Assembly: GCF_009914755.1 (NCBI RefSeq)
Contig: NC_060925.1
Length of the DNA: 64,000 nt
DNA from: the human T2T-CHM13v2.0 reference genome, Homo sapiens
Strand: one strand, 5' to 3'
In this document: one piece after another, positions 44,376 to 58,260 of the stretch
Numbering within the stretch: the first letter of the stretch is position 1
How the letters are laid out: each line of letters begins with the position of its first letter
Translations under genes and position numbers: made by a program
The notes under the pieces: generated by a model
The model's database searches: none
Told to the model about the DNA's origin: nothing
Seen by the model: only the letters and a program-made list of their open reading frames with translations

Positions 44376-47300
44376 GTTATCCTTTTATATTTTTTATGTC
44401 AGACTACTCATTTGAAAAATAGCTTTTTTTTTTTAATTGACAACTGGGAATATTTTTCTTTTGAGATGGGTGAATGGTGATATTCTTTCAGCAAATAGTA
44501 TGTTAATGAAACAGTCATGTTTACATATATTCAGAAATTAAAGAGGAAGAAAAATTTACCCAAAGGGTAGATAAGGAGACATTCTCTAAGAAAGTTTAAT
44601 ATTCAGGGCTGTTGTTTTAACTTTCATTAATGGCAAAGAACTTGGTTGATATTGAGGGGGAAGTAAAAGGGAGCTAGTGTTTTTAAATATACCCAGTGTT
44701 ACAAATTAGTTCTCGGGGAATTTCAGTCCCACTGAAGAATATTGCCTCAATTTTGGACAAATATTCCCAATGTGCTAAATCAGAATTGGCAGGGAGCTTT
44801 TATATGCGTATTCTTTAGATTTTTAAGCCTTCTGAAGACCATTTTAAATAATGGGAAATGTCTCTAAAATATTTGAATTTCTAAGGATAGACTAAGAAGG
44901 TAACTAGTTAATGCCATTTCCTCTTAATCAGCTATTTTTCACTGTCAGTTTTTAAAAATTCCTAGTGCTCAGGCTCGATAAAACTGTTAAGGGTATTTTC
45001 ATTTAAAAAGCCTTAGACATTTAGAACTATTAATATAACAAGCTACAAGTATTGGTTTTTGAAGCAGGCTGAGCTCTCTGGCATTTTTAATGAAACTTCC
45101 TTATAAGGAGATGATTATAGTTGTCTTAATGACCTAAATATGTGGCTCAATAATGGTTATTCCAAAGAATTAATCATGGTTTACTTCAAGATAATGAGCA
45201 AGTCATCAAGTAAAACGTTAATATCTTACTGTTCCTGGCATCAGCATTTTAGGGACAAAATGGTGTTACAGATGTCAGAATATTGATTGCATAAAATCTT
45301 GAAACCCACAAAACTCGTAGGCTTAAGTCTTAGTAATTTCTGTTGTTTATGTAATTTCAGCCCTGCACGTCACTGAAAAGTTATTTATCTTAACAAACTG
45401 GCCAAATTTGGCGGGTAATGCTGTCTGCCAGTATCTGCAGATGTATTGTTTCCGCCTACATTTGTGCATGTTGTCTGTGGTCTTTAAAGAACACTAACAC
45501 CAGATAGAAATGTCAACTCTGTTCAGATTTTTTCCTATGTTCGAAGAACTGATGTTGCTGATTCCTAATTTTGTCAAATTATGTGTCTGAACTGTCTTCC
45601 TTTCTTGAAAGGTAGATATTACCAAACGTATACCAGATAAGTAATCAGAAGTAGTTAATATTGTGTCAAGTTACAGCACAGTTTTCAACAAAGTAACCAC
45701 AAAGGTCAGTGCTAAGGCAAATATTTAGTAAACGATGTTTTAGCTATCTAAAGTAAAAAGGCATGATCTTAGGAAAGTGATTGCAAATTAAAAGAGAGAA
45801 AATTAAAAAACTGAAGTTTGGAAAACAAGTAATTGCAACAGTTTCAAGAGTTTAATCTGACCTGATTTTTTCTTCTGTAGAAGACAATGAACTAAAAGGA
45901 CACAATTGTTCTCGATCTCTGTTTTGAGTGCTTTAAAAAATTAATATATGGAAGAGTTCAAAATGGGCAAAATAAAAACTTATTTGGAGAGCATACGCAT
46001 AGTTTTTTTATAAAGCAAGAACGATGACCAGAAAACAGATGTAAATGGTTTAGAATTTCTATTTAAGCATAAACCATGTGCAAAATTACTCTTCCGAATT
46101 TAACACATCATGTGTTAGCCATTAGCTGATTCCATCTTGGACCCTACTGAAGCAATTCTTTAAGGAAAATAACAGGCTTAGCACTAGAAAACAACATATG
46201 AAGGAAAATAGGGAATAAATACTTTATAGATACATCTCTCTAGTTCTAGATTTAGAGAATGCCAGTGTTACTCCAGCAGGCAACCAAGAAGATGGATCAA
46301 GGAATGGGCTTCTGACAGACATCCTGAAGAAACTGAACACTGTCAGCTGTGGAGTGAGTAGTACAAATCAGAAAATGAAAGATCCATTGATTTCCTTCTA
46401 ATCAGAATTTTTGCCTATGTTCTTTATCCACATTCTATTGATGTGTTTTTATACATGTATTCAGTTATGTATTTGCCCTTTGTGTAAATTCCTTCCATAA
46501 CTTCTCTGAAGACTGTAGCACATGATCTAGAAATGACTTTAGCTAGGACAAGACCAAGAAAGTAAATAAGAAACAGATGATCTGTAGCCTCACATTGTTA
46601 TTTTAGCTCTGTCCTTAAGAAAAAGGAGCAGGGCCAGGGGAACCCAGCCACCTCCAAATCTCTCTCATCTTCATGCTTTTCTACCCGGTAGAAATTTATT
46701 TCTTCTGGCGTGTTGCCATTGTCTCTATACTCAAAGCTCTGATTTACAAAATCAAAAAACAGTCACACTCTGTATGTGTAAGAGTAATCTTTAGGCAAGT
46801 ATTAGCAATGTATCTTTAAAATACACTTTTCCCCGCAGTTTGTGAAATGAATGCCTGGTGTTCTGTGAGTGTCCTTTCTGTCATTTTAATTTTTTATTTT
46901 GAAACTCCATAGGTAAATGGTCATACCACATGTGTACTCCTCATAAAAAGGAATCTCACTATCACTTTTATCTTTAAAAAAATTAATTTGCTTTCTTGAC
47001 AAAAGCCAAAACCTCTTTTAACAAGGGTGCTTATTTTCCTAAGTTTAGTACAATTTATTTGATTGAGAGTGACACCAAATGGTAAGAAAAATGAAATGCC
47101 TCATTCCTCTTACATAATCTCTTAACAGTAGACCACCCAACTTCCCCACAAAATGTAATTTAAATGAAGCCAAGATTCTAATGCCATGCTTTAGATTCAG
47201 AGTGGCCCCAAAGGGGCCTTTGGATTTTGTAGTTGCCATTACCTGGAATGCCTTTCCCTCTAATCTGTATATCCCACTTCCCTCTACAAAGCCTTCATTG

Positions 47301-49629
47301 ATCAGTCCAAATGATCATGTCCTTGATTCCCTATACACAGTTTATAAGCTTCTTGAAAGTAGAGACTGTATTATATATCCCCCCACATTTTCCATTGCTG
47401 CATTTAGAAACTCGGGTCCTCAGTCAAAACTTGGGAGTTGACCAGGAATCTGACACCATGGGGTTTTCCAAGCTCCACCAGGATAATCCCATTCTAAGGA
47501 CAGCTCCTGTCTTCTTAAAACATCTAAAGGATTATACTGTTTTTCCCTTGGTCATCTGTCCTAAGGCTTCTCAGCCCCGCAACCCCCATCCCATCCATCT
47601 TGGTTCTAATTTCTCTCCACTCCAAGTTGCTGGTGCTCCATTCCCATCGCTTTGACCTCAGTGAAGACAGAACAGCTGGTGGACATTTAATCTCTAACAA
47701 CTTTTTACAACCTTGTATAAGAGGTAGGTAAGCAAAAATTTTACAATTCTCTATTATAGTCATGTTTTTAGCTCCTACTGTGTACCAGGCACCATAACAA
47801 TTTAAAAAATCAATGTTTTAAGGTCTTGTATGTATAAAATACTATGGGAAAGCATAATATACACATTTGATTATGCTTTGCTAATGTGATTCATCTTCAT
47901 ACATGTGGAACCCTATTCATCTGGATTTTTCTGAGACAGCTTCAATTCCAAAAACTCGGTGTTCTGAGAATGCCAATGTTTCTGCATCCAAATTGCATTT
48001 TTAAGAATGTCTCTCTCAACTAGAAGTAGTACGAAATTGTTAGAAAGGCATTCCAGTTTTTTAGCTTTCAAAATATGTCCATTCTAATATATGTGGTACC
48101 GGAGGCTCTCTGCTTTGGGCACCAGCTGATTTGTATATTATTTAGTGAAATAGAGATTCTTCCCAATGTCTTTTGAGAACAAAATGGGATCTTAAGCACT
48201 TTCATTGAGGTCTTAAATGTAAATGTATGGATGTCACAACTGGGCAACATTTTAATGCCTCCTTACCATTTGTTGATTTAGAAATAAATCCTGATGGGAG
48301 GCAGCATAACATAAAGGAGACAGCCAAAGCCAGCTTTTCCCTGTATTGTGAGTTGCAGTTTCCTCATCTGGAAATGGGGTTTATGTTGCCTACCTCCTTG
48401 ATTGGAGGAATGAGAGTATGCTCACTAAGTACAATGCTGACACAAGTACCTAATTGTTAACCTTCCCTCCTTCCTTTCTTTCCCTGGTTTCCTTTCATCT
48501 CCCCATACAGGGGAGCATTGTCTGAGAATATTCTTACATATTTCTTCCTTAACCTGTTTTAGTACATAAGGGCTTTTAAACCATTGAGTGGAAAATTGCT
48601 GTTATTTGACATACTGTGAGCCTAACACTGTAGTAATGCTAATTTTCTGCAAATCATGATCTCTCTGTCCATTAGATGGCAGGAGTTCCTTTGGCCATGT
48701 TCGGTGAGGAAGCTGCCCAAACACGTTTGGACTTGTGTATCAGTAAGGCAACTAAAAGAGAAAACAAGGTATACAAAATAAACTGGCTCTTATATAAGTA
48801 AAACAATTTTACCAGACAAAGGGAGAACTAGTAATAACCTATTACCCCCCTCATCTTTTCTAGTCACGAATTTCTTGTATTTTCTATTCCTTCTCTTCTG
48901 GGCTTTTGCATTTCCTGTTTCCTCTGCCTGGAACACTTCTCCACCAAACCCCAGCTTCCTTCACCTAGCTAACTCCTCTTCATCCTTCAGGTCTCAGTTC
49001 AGCATCACTGCCATTAGGAAGGCTTATTTTACCTCTCCTTCTGAGTTCAGGATACCATATCCTTCCTCCACCCCATCCTGCTCATTGTATAGTACCCTGC
49101 TCATCATATAGTAGTACCCTGCTCAAATGTTGCCTCCTCACACAGGCATCCCAGTTTACTCTTACTTAGTGTCTCTTTTTCTGACATGTAGAATAGTGCT
49201 TGGGACAAGTAGACATTCAACCCTATGGTAAAAAATGCCTTTGCTCCCCCAAACTTTGTAGCTTCCAATCATTCCTATTGTGGCACTTATAGCACTACAT
49301 TATCAGTCCTCTATTCTATAACACCACTAGATTGTGAGCGCCAGGACAACAACAATCAGGTCTATTTCATGCACCATTGCATCTCCAGTGCCTGGCACAG
49401 AATCAGGCCTCAATCATTATTTGTTGAAAAATGAGCACACATATAGTATACACATATGCACACAGTAAACTACAGTGAAGCAAAATTTTTTTGTTTGTTT
49501 TTTGAGGAGGCCAGTGAAGCAGAAGAGGAGAAATGGTAGCAGTGACCTATAGCAGGCTTCCTTTGCAATGACAGCATCCATATTCAGAATCAACCAGGTG
49601 GGCTTTTGATAGCAGTTACACTAAGTAGC

Positions 49630-49953
<324 letters not shown>

Positions 49954-50239
49954 TGACCTGAATTTTCAATGAATGAATTTAGAATTAATGTCAAACTTTG
50001 TAGGAAGTTGAACATGGCTTGCAGAGCAAGAATTTGGGAGGCCACAGAAGGTTTGAAGAGATAAAATAGATGTTTTTGAGCAGCCACCTGGTGACCAGAT
50101 ATAGTGATATAAAAATATGCAACAGAATAACCTATATGAATTTAGATAGTCAGCTGTAAGAAATGGGCTGAAATATAACAGTTAGAAAAATACTCAGATT
50201 TAAACACAAGAATACTTCACAAGATATGCTCTGGGTCTT

Positions 50240-50427
<188 letters not shown>

Positions 50428-50580
50428 TGCTCTGGGTCTTAGGTAGCAAATGATGTTCATATATGAGGCCTCCTCTGTGAAGGGCCCAGGAAAAAAGTAG
50501 AACATGGCTCCAGCCAGAGTCTCTCAGAGTCAAGAAGGGCCTAGGGTCACTTCCATTTTTTGGATCCCAAAATTTTTTTT

Positions 50581-53500
50581 CTGTTTAAGACTGTAACATG
50601 GAAAAAATGTTTGTATGTTAAGCACAAAAGGGACATAAAATTGTATAGACAGTAGAATAACGACTATGTAAACACACCAAAAATCTATGCACAGAAATGT
50701 GTAGGGGAACATTTAACACCAAAAGATTAACAGTGGTAGCATTTGGGTGGCAAACTGATTATTTCTAAAATTTCCAAATTTTCCTTAATAAGCAGTAAGT
50801 ATAATTGCAACTGGAAATAATTTTTTAAGTACCCCTCTGGCTGAGGAGTGCAGTGTCACTATCAAATACACATCAGTGGTTTTGGCCGTGACTCCTAAGA
50901 GGATGGCAAATGCCGCTGCCCCACTCCCCAACCACCCCCAAGAGAGCTTGAGCACCTCTGGCTCTGCTGAGAGAATCTTTGCAGCCCCAGCCCTCAATCT
51001 CTTTTCTTATTCTGCCTTATCCCCCTACCACATCATCTCCACTCACTGCCAGCTATATCTTTTCCCTTTCCTTCTTAACTCAGGAGGCAGGTTTGCAACT
51101 GCAGGACCCAAAAATAGAGGCCATGAGGTGGCATGTTTTCAAAGAACATGGTGCCTCAGTTTGGGACACACAGGAACTCAAATACAAATCATTTTCCTGC
51201 TGCTGGGTAAGTCATGCTTGGTGGCTGCTCTGGTTGCAGATACGTGAAGTTATATAGCCTTTCCTGTTAACGCACGGTTCCAAGCACTCTCTCTTAACAA
51301 TTATTTCTATCATGAACTTTCTACCCTGAAAAGCCAAGGGTGGGTACTAACAATTAAGATCATTTGGTTTCTAAAAGTCCATCCTCTCTGGGAAAGCAGA
51401 GCTATACAGTGGGTGGCATCCTGCAGATTCTAGTCTACATTTGGGAAAGGTGTACACCTCTTGCACTTTCAGTTTAAGGAACAAGTCAAAAAGTAATTGC
51501 TTTAAAAAAAACAAGTGCTAGCAAGTCATAACCTTGCTGTGCCTCAGTTTCTGGATCTGCAAGGAGTGTTGCCTGCATAAATATTTGTTTAGGAACTTAG
51601 TAAAATGACATACCACTCTCTCTGCTCTAAGAGGGACATCAGCCAGCTACAGCTCATCTCACTCAGCCTGGGCCTGACCAGAGTCCCTTCCTCTTCCAAG
51701 AGAAAGCGAGGAAAAGCAGCAAGCAAGCAGACATACCAGGTAAATGGGAGTGATCTATCGTTGGCAACGAGGCCTCAAACAAACTGAAAATGCTCTGGCT
51801 CCAGCACCCTATCCCCAAATGCCACAAGCCAGACACAAAAGCCATGCAAGAGTGACTATCACACACACACACACACACAGGCACAGAGTACCACCAAGCA
51901 AAAAGGGGGATAATACTGCAGAGAGGACCCCAAAGTGCGGCTTGAGGAACACAGGGAGTCATCCAAGACCCTCACTTAGCTGCCATGGAAACAGCAAGCA
52001 CTATAAGCTTTGCTTCATTCGGTCTTCCGAAATGAAAACATTAATAGGGAAGACTCACTAACACTTGTGGCAAACACTATTAGCAAGGATGCAGTCTGTC
52101 TCCTGGGCTGTGGGACTCCATCTGCTTCAGCTGAACTCTCAGAAACTACAGATGAGAGCAATACATGCATATGCACACACATGTATGCATATCTGTATGC
52201 ACACAGATGTATTTAAATGAAGGTGCATACACTGTGCTAAAATACAAACAACAGAAATCAAAGATCATATGCAAAAAGGCTAAATATAACATAACACAGG
52301 CCTAGAACCAGCTCTTGGTCGGGAGCTGGGGAAAGGGGTGCTATCATCTAAAGACTATGTACACAATTTGTGGTGGGCAGGGAAGGCATCAGTGTAAACA
52401 ACTCAGACTCACTTCACAACACTAGCCCACAGCAAAGTGTGATGTATCTCATGTACAAAAATAGACTCCCACCTTGCTTTTGTACAAACCAAGCTTGGTA
52501 GGCATCTAGGAGGACCGTGAGTTTGTCTTGATGACAGGGCACTGCACCAGGCTGCTGCTAAATCTTCCCACCCTAGGAACTCACCTGCTACCCTCCCCCT
52601 TCCTTCCCTTTCAGGCCCTTTTCCCACCCAACATTTACAGCCTGAGGCCTGCCTGACCACCTAGCCTCACACAACTAACTGCAGTGACTAACTGCACAGC
52701 TTCCTGCAAGCAAGGTCCTTCTGTATTTGTCCCTTTCTCTAACCCAAGATATAAGAAAACATTTCTGTAAATGTTTGGCACCTAAGAAACATGACGGTTG
52801 TGGATAATGCCACAAGTACACAGGGAGACCCAGTAACAAGACATGCAGGGTGAGGGCAAGGGGCACTGAGCTGCTCCAGCATTTCAAAGCCAGGACTGTG
52901 GCTTCCCATACATTTAGGGGGGTAGGAGAAGGGATGTGCGGAACTGAAGACTTCACCGGCTCCTCAGCAGCATGTACATTCAAATTGAAGATGCTTGAGC
53001 CCCACTATACCCAAATTAGGAGTCTGGTCACTCCTCTAGCAGAGCTTGGTGCAGTGACAGCTAGAAAAGTTGAGTTCCAATTGAGTCTGTTGCACCAAGA
53101 GTCCTTTTGAAGATGCTCAGCAAAGTAATTCTTTTGAGCAGATGTACAGCACATCCATGGGAAGGCCATGTAAAAGGATGTTCTCCAGCACAGTCAAATG
53201 ATCCAGTCCCACTATTATCTCAGTCCCCTCTGAGTTTCTTCCTGCTGGCGGCCCTCACTGTACAGAAATAGCCAAGTAGCATCAGGGTCAGTCATCAATG
53301 GTGGGCAACCAGAAGGCCATGTTGGTACACCCGCTGGCAAAAGTCACAAACTTGGGGTTGAATTGCAAACAGGTAATTGGGCCTGTGTGTTTACCATCCA
53401 ACCCAGCTACTTTTATACCACTCTCTTCATTCCAGACATGGATCTTGCCATCCTCTGAACCAATCATAACAAACTGAGAGTCTGCAGTAAATGAAGCCTC

Positions 53501-54499
53501 CAGTGTGACAGCTTCGCTGTTGGCATAACTGCCAAATGTGTGTATCACCACTCCTTTGAATGCACCAATGAGACGAATGAAGCTGACATTGGTGGAAATG
53601 AGGATGAGCTTGCCACCGTTGCTGATTTTAAGTGCTGTCCACTCACAAGTTCGATCATACTGCATCTTAAAGGTAGCAAATGGCCCCTTATCAAAAGAAC
53701 GAAGGTCATAAAGTTTGACCATTTCAGAGTTGACACCAGCAGCAAAAATTCACCCTTCTGGATCAAAAGAACAAACTGGATTCCCCTTTATGTGCATGAG
53801 GCCCTGGCAGTTGGGAGACCGGAGATCCCAGAGTCGAATGGTCTTATTCAAGAGACCCAAAAATGAAAGGGTCATCCACAGGTGACATGGACAAGACCAC
53901 CACCCTTTTGCTATGTCCAGGAAAGTATCTGATGTATTTGTTGTCATGCAAGGACAAGTAACGAATAGTATCGTCTATTTTGTTACAGCTGTAAACAACT
54001 GTGTTTGCCGCAGGAGTTTATCTGATGAGGCCACACCGTATTTCTTACTGAACAGGGTTTTGGTTTGCCCTCCTGGCAGTCAGAGAGCACGATGGAGTCG
54101 TCGTTGCTGCTCAAGGTGATCACCTCGCTTTTAGGGCTGAAATCGAAGCAGTTAATCTTGTCCCGAGTTTTCGCAGAACACGTTGGCGATACAGAAGCTC
54201 CGAAGCAGCATGCGGTGGGTCAGCTTCATGGCTGCGGCTGGGGAAGGCAGCGGCGGCACACGGCCAGGCGGCGGCGAGCGGACAGGCTGCCTAATGGCCA
54301 ACCTGGGCGAGGCGGGCGCCGCGCCGGCAGCTAGGGGGAAGTCGGCCAACAGTTGGGCCACCTCCTCCTCTTCCTCCTGCTTGGACGACGGTCTTCCGCC
54401 TGGACTGTGGAGCCTCGCCGACCGTTCGTCCTCACAGCCACCCCATGGGCAACCAGCGCGGTGCAGGCTCATTGTGTCTGCGACAGGCAGAAGCCGAGC
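50581..54499 (-). pseudogene. Probable full extent of the WDR82 retrocopy including GC-rich 5'UTR (54230-54499) and long 3'UTR-derived sequence
   Basis: Sequence after the stop codon is largely repeat-free and 3'UTR-like for more than 2 kb. Degenerate TSD candidates GGATCCCAAAA-T8 (50562-50580) and GGGTCCCAACG-T8-AA (54500-54520). Confidence 0.5.
53288..54229 (-). pseudogene. WDR82P2: WDR82 (WD40 subunit of SET1/COMPASS and PNUTS-PP1 complexes) processed pseudogene, CDS remnant; probably the annotated WDR82P2
   Basis: Minus-strand pieces [49 protein letters not shown] and [15 protein letters not shown]...FWLPTIDD* match WDR82. Intronless, with several frameshifts in the 5' half and an in-frame TGA at 53750-53752. 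The symbol suffix is from recall. Confidence 0.92.
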
Positions 54500-54527
54500 G
54501 GGTCCCAACGTTTTTTTTAAAAAAGTA

Positions 54528-54655
54528 TTTTTTTTTAGAGACAGGGTCTTGCTATGTTGCCCAGGCTGGACTCAAACTCCTGGGCTCAGGTGATCCCTCT
54601 GCCTCAGCCTTCCTAGTACCTGAGATTACAGGTACATGCCACTATGCTCAGCTCT
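54528..54655 (-). mobile_element. Alu monomer (FLAM-like), partly duplicated downstream
   Basis: Single reverse Alu arm. Second partial copy at 54723-54780. Confidence 0.8.
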
Positions 54656-54802
54656 GTTATTTTTTTTTTTAAATGACAAAAGAGGTTTTTGAAAGTGATA
54701 GTTTTAAAATATTTTCATCCCCCTGCCTCAGCCTCCCAAATACCTGGGATTACAGGTACATGCCACCATACCCAGCTCTGTTATTTTTTTTTTTAAATGA
54801 CA

Positions 54803-55100
<298 letters not shown>

Positions 55101-57714
55101 GCAGATTTTTGAAAATGATAGTTTTTAAATATTTTCATTTAACAAATTAATACCTTTAACACATACGTAATTTACAATGAATTTAGGTATTAAGTTGAGC
55201 CACATGAAACTGTTGATATTTGATCTTTTTTTAACCTAGAAAATCAATAATGTCATGTAGTTCAACCTAATACAACCTCATTTTGAGATAAATGTTAGGA
55301 GTCTATATTTGAGGCCCTGCCTTTAGTGACTATGAGGCCCTAGCTAAGTGCACTGCTGCCCATCCCAACTCTGCCAATATTGATTATAGCCTTAAGGCTG
55401 AGGGCATCCCATCTGTGTATGCGAATGTTCAACCTCTAAACAAAAGGGGTCTAAGCCCTCTGACCAAACAGTGGAGACTGAATACTGGGCTAAAAGAAAA
55501 CTAAAATCTAGAATTCTAAATTCTAGGCAAGCCTATAGTATATATTAAGGACAAGCAGATGTCTGATATGTCTTTGTAAGTTTTCCAAGTACAAATGCTG
55601 GAGGCTTCTCTGTTCCTAAGTTCTCAAGAAGGAAATGCAGCAGTGCCTGATGCCTAGTGGGCCTACAGAAGTATTAACTAACTGGCTCATTTTCTCCTTC
55701 ACTCAACTGATTTTGTCCTCACTCTGTAATGCTAAAGATGAGACCGGTTCTGTTTTACTCATTCTCCCCAACTTCAACAGTGAAAACAGTGTTAAACAAC
55801 TCCAGGGTCTTTCCTTTCCCTTTCGCTCTGCTCTCAAACATACACCATCCTCCCTCCTTAATTTCCTTGCCCACTTGCTTCTCCAGCCTTCCCTTTCTCT
55901 ACAGCCTTTTTGCCTCTGCCTCCTCCTGTGCCTCTGGTAACCACTGGGTAGTCAATGAAGAAGCCAGTGCATTCCCCTTCCCCTACATCATATCCTGAGC
56001 TCATCTTCCCTGACCTTGAGAGGGCATGAGGTGCACCTTGGTGCTCTCAATAAACCAAAGTTGTTTTAATAAGCCCAGTGAGACTAAGATATTTAAATTC
56101 TTCTTCTCACTCTCATCACCACAATGTGAGATGGATCCAAATATTTTGCAACAGCATAGCCTTGGGCCAGCAGCTCTTGAGTTATAAAATGTTGCAGCAA
56201 ACTCTCCTTGCATAGCAATGTTATCACCCAAGAACTCCATCCTTAACCCTATCAGCAAGAATTCTAGAGTACTTTCTCTTTGCCATGCTCACAGATTTTC
56301 AGAAGTTTTTACCTGATGGAACCAGCATCTGAAATCTTCATAGAAGCATAGGCAAGACTCCTCTAGCAATTCCTTTTTTCCTTCCCAGATACCATGTTTA
56401 TGCAATCTATCCAAGCAGGAGCTTAGCAGTGGCACTTGAGTCCACTGAAACTAATGCTTCCCTAATTGCACAATTAAGAGGTGGCAGACATTTGAATTGG
56501 CAGCTGGACTGCAGTAGGTGGAAATAAGAACATTGTGTTCCTTTGCATGTGAAGTCATGTATAGTTTTTCCAGCATATGATGAAGTTGCAATAAGAAGGA
56601 AAATCTGGACTTTAGCTTTTTGGTTTTCCTCTGGATATAAATTTTAGAGAATCTCTCCATGCTGTAAAACCTTATAGCACTTTGTATCTGTTGTGGAGCA
56701 TCATTTCCCTTATCCTGCCTCTCAGTGTCATGATTTGTATGCCTGTCTTATCTTTGAGCAGCTGCCAGGTCTTACCGATTTTCTTATCCCTTTACCCACC
56801 CAATGTCTAGCGTAAGTCCTTTGAATGCACAGAGTTAGCATTCAGTGACTATTTATTGAAATATTAAAGTTGCTTTGCTTTGGAGCTGTTTTTATCTAAC
56901 CCTTCCACTGCTCCATTTTATTTAGAAGGACTTAGGATTTAATATATTAGAAAGATGACTGCAAGGGATTCATATTGGCAGGTCTCAATGGTTGCATTTT
57001 CTTTGGGAAACTCTTAATACAAAGTAGTGGTCCCCACTGATCACATCAGTGTTCTGAGACCCTACCTTGTCTCCCAAACACATCCTACCATAGCTGATTG
57101 ATCCAGGGGATATACCTAACAGGATGGGTCCCTCAAATTGTCACTTTCAGATATTTAAAACCTTAAGGGAGTGGGTTTGAGCTGAGTTCTAGTAAAGACT
57201 TGGATCCTGAGGGAAGATTCAAAGGCTTATCACTAGGGCTGCCCTTGTTCCCACTTCACCTGAGATCTGGTCTTTCTGCTCCTCCTTAAATCCTTTGAGC
57301 TGCCCCAGCATCTTTCTGGAAAATCCCTTTTGTTCTCAAGTTAACTAAGATCCATTTCTGTTGCACACACTCAGTTGACCTAAGCCAATAGAATGATTGG
57401 AAGGGGCACAAAGAAAGCCTGCTGGGCTTCGAGCCTGATGCCGCCTTCAACTTGCTGTGTGATATAGTATAAGTCACAAACCAATCTGAACCTCACACTC
57501 TCATCTTTAAGTCTATATTGTCACCAGAGATTCAAGACAATGCCAGCAAGAATATATTGAAAGATGGATAGAATTGTAAGATGCAGATGTGGCAGAGAAA
57601 GTTTATTCTGGGAACGAGGAAAGGCACAGGAAAAGACATGGGCATAGGAAAGCAGGGACCTGTTTGGGAAGCAGAAGGAACCCCTCTGGAGCATAGGGTT
57701 TCTTGTTTTAAAAT

Positions 57715-58260
57715 GTAGTTAATGGTTTTATTATTATTATTTAGGTACAGCAAGGCCAGCAGACTAGATGACTGTTATCAAAAAGATAGTTATACTCACA
57801 GATGCCAAGAGAAGCGGACATGCCACACCACAGGGGGCCACTCGGGGAAGCACCAGAGTCTGTCAGGAGGTGGAAGGAAAGGAGAAAACATGAGCAAGAG
57901 CCTTTATGGTGGTTTCCATGGGAAAGAATGGGCAAGGCAGATTAAGCAGATTAAGGATTGACTAGTTTGAATAATTTCAGCTAGTTCAGGGGCACAGGGA
58001 CTACTCTTAGTTGTCTGGTAACTGGCCCTGGAGTGATTAGGGCAGGGGATTATGGTCCTAAGTATGACAGCCCAATAGAGAAGGTATTTGCAGGTGTGGG
58101 CTCTGGATTGGGTGGTTTGCCTTTGAAAGGTATGCTCAAGGGCAAGTTGTTTACAGTCTCTAGGAATTGGCTAGCCCTGGAAGGGGCAGCAACTCCGGGG
58201 TCTGCAAGGCCCCAGATGTCAAAGCATTAAAATACAAAAAATAAATAACATGGTTAATAT
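57715..58260. mobile_element. Old LTR-like element (ERVL class, subfamily not identified)
   Basis: CATGCCACACCACAGGGGGCCAC..GGGAAGCACCAG..GCAAGAGCCTTTAT.GTGGTTTCC block typical of old ERVL LTRs. Confidence 0.45.

Noticed and set aside
54152-54593. 118-aa (-) and 136-aa (+) ORFs over the retrocopy 5' end
   Set aside because: GC-rich UTR-derived frames. The minus one ends at a frameshift-induced stop after 25 WDR82-like residues, and the plus one runs into Alu sequence.
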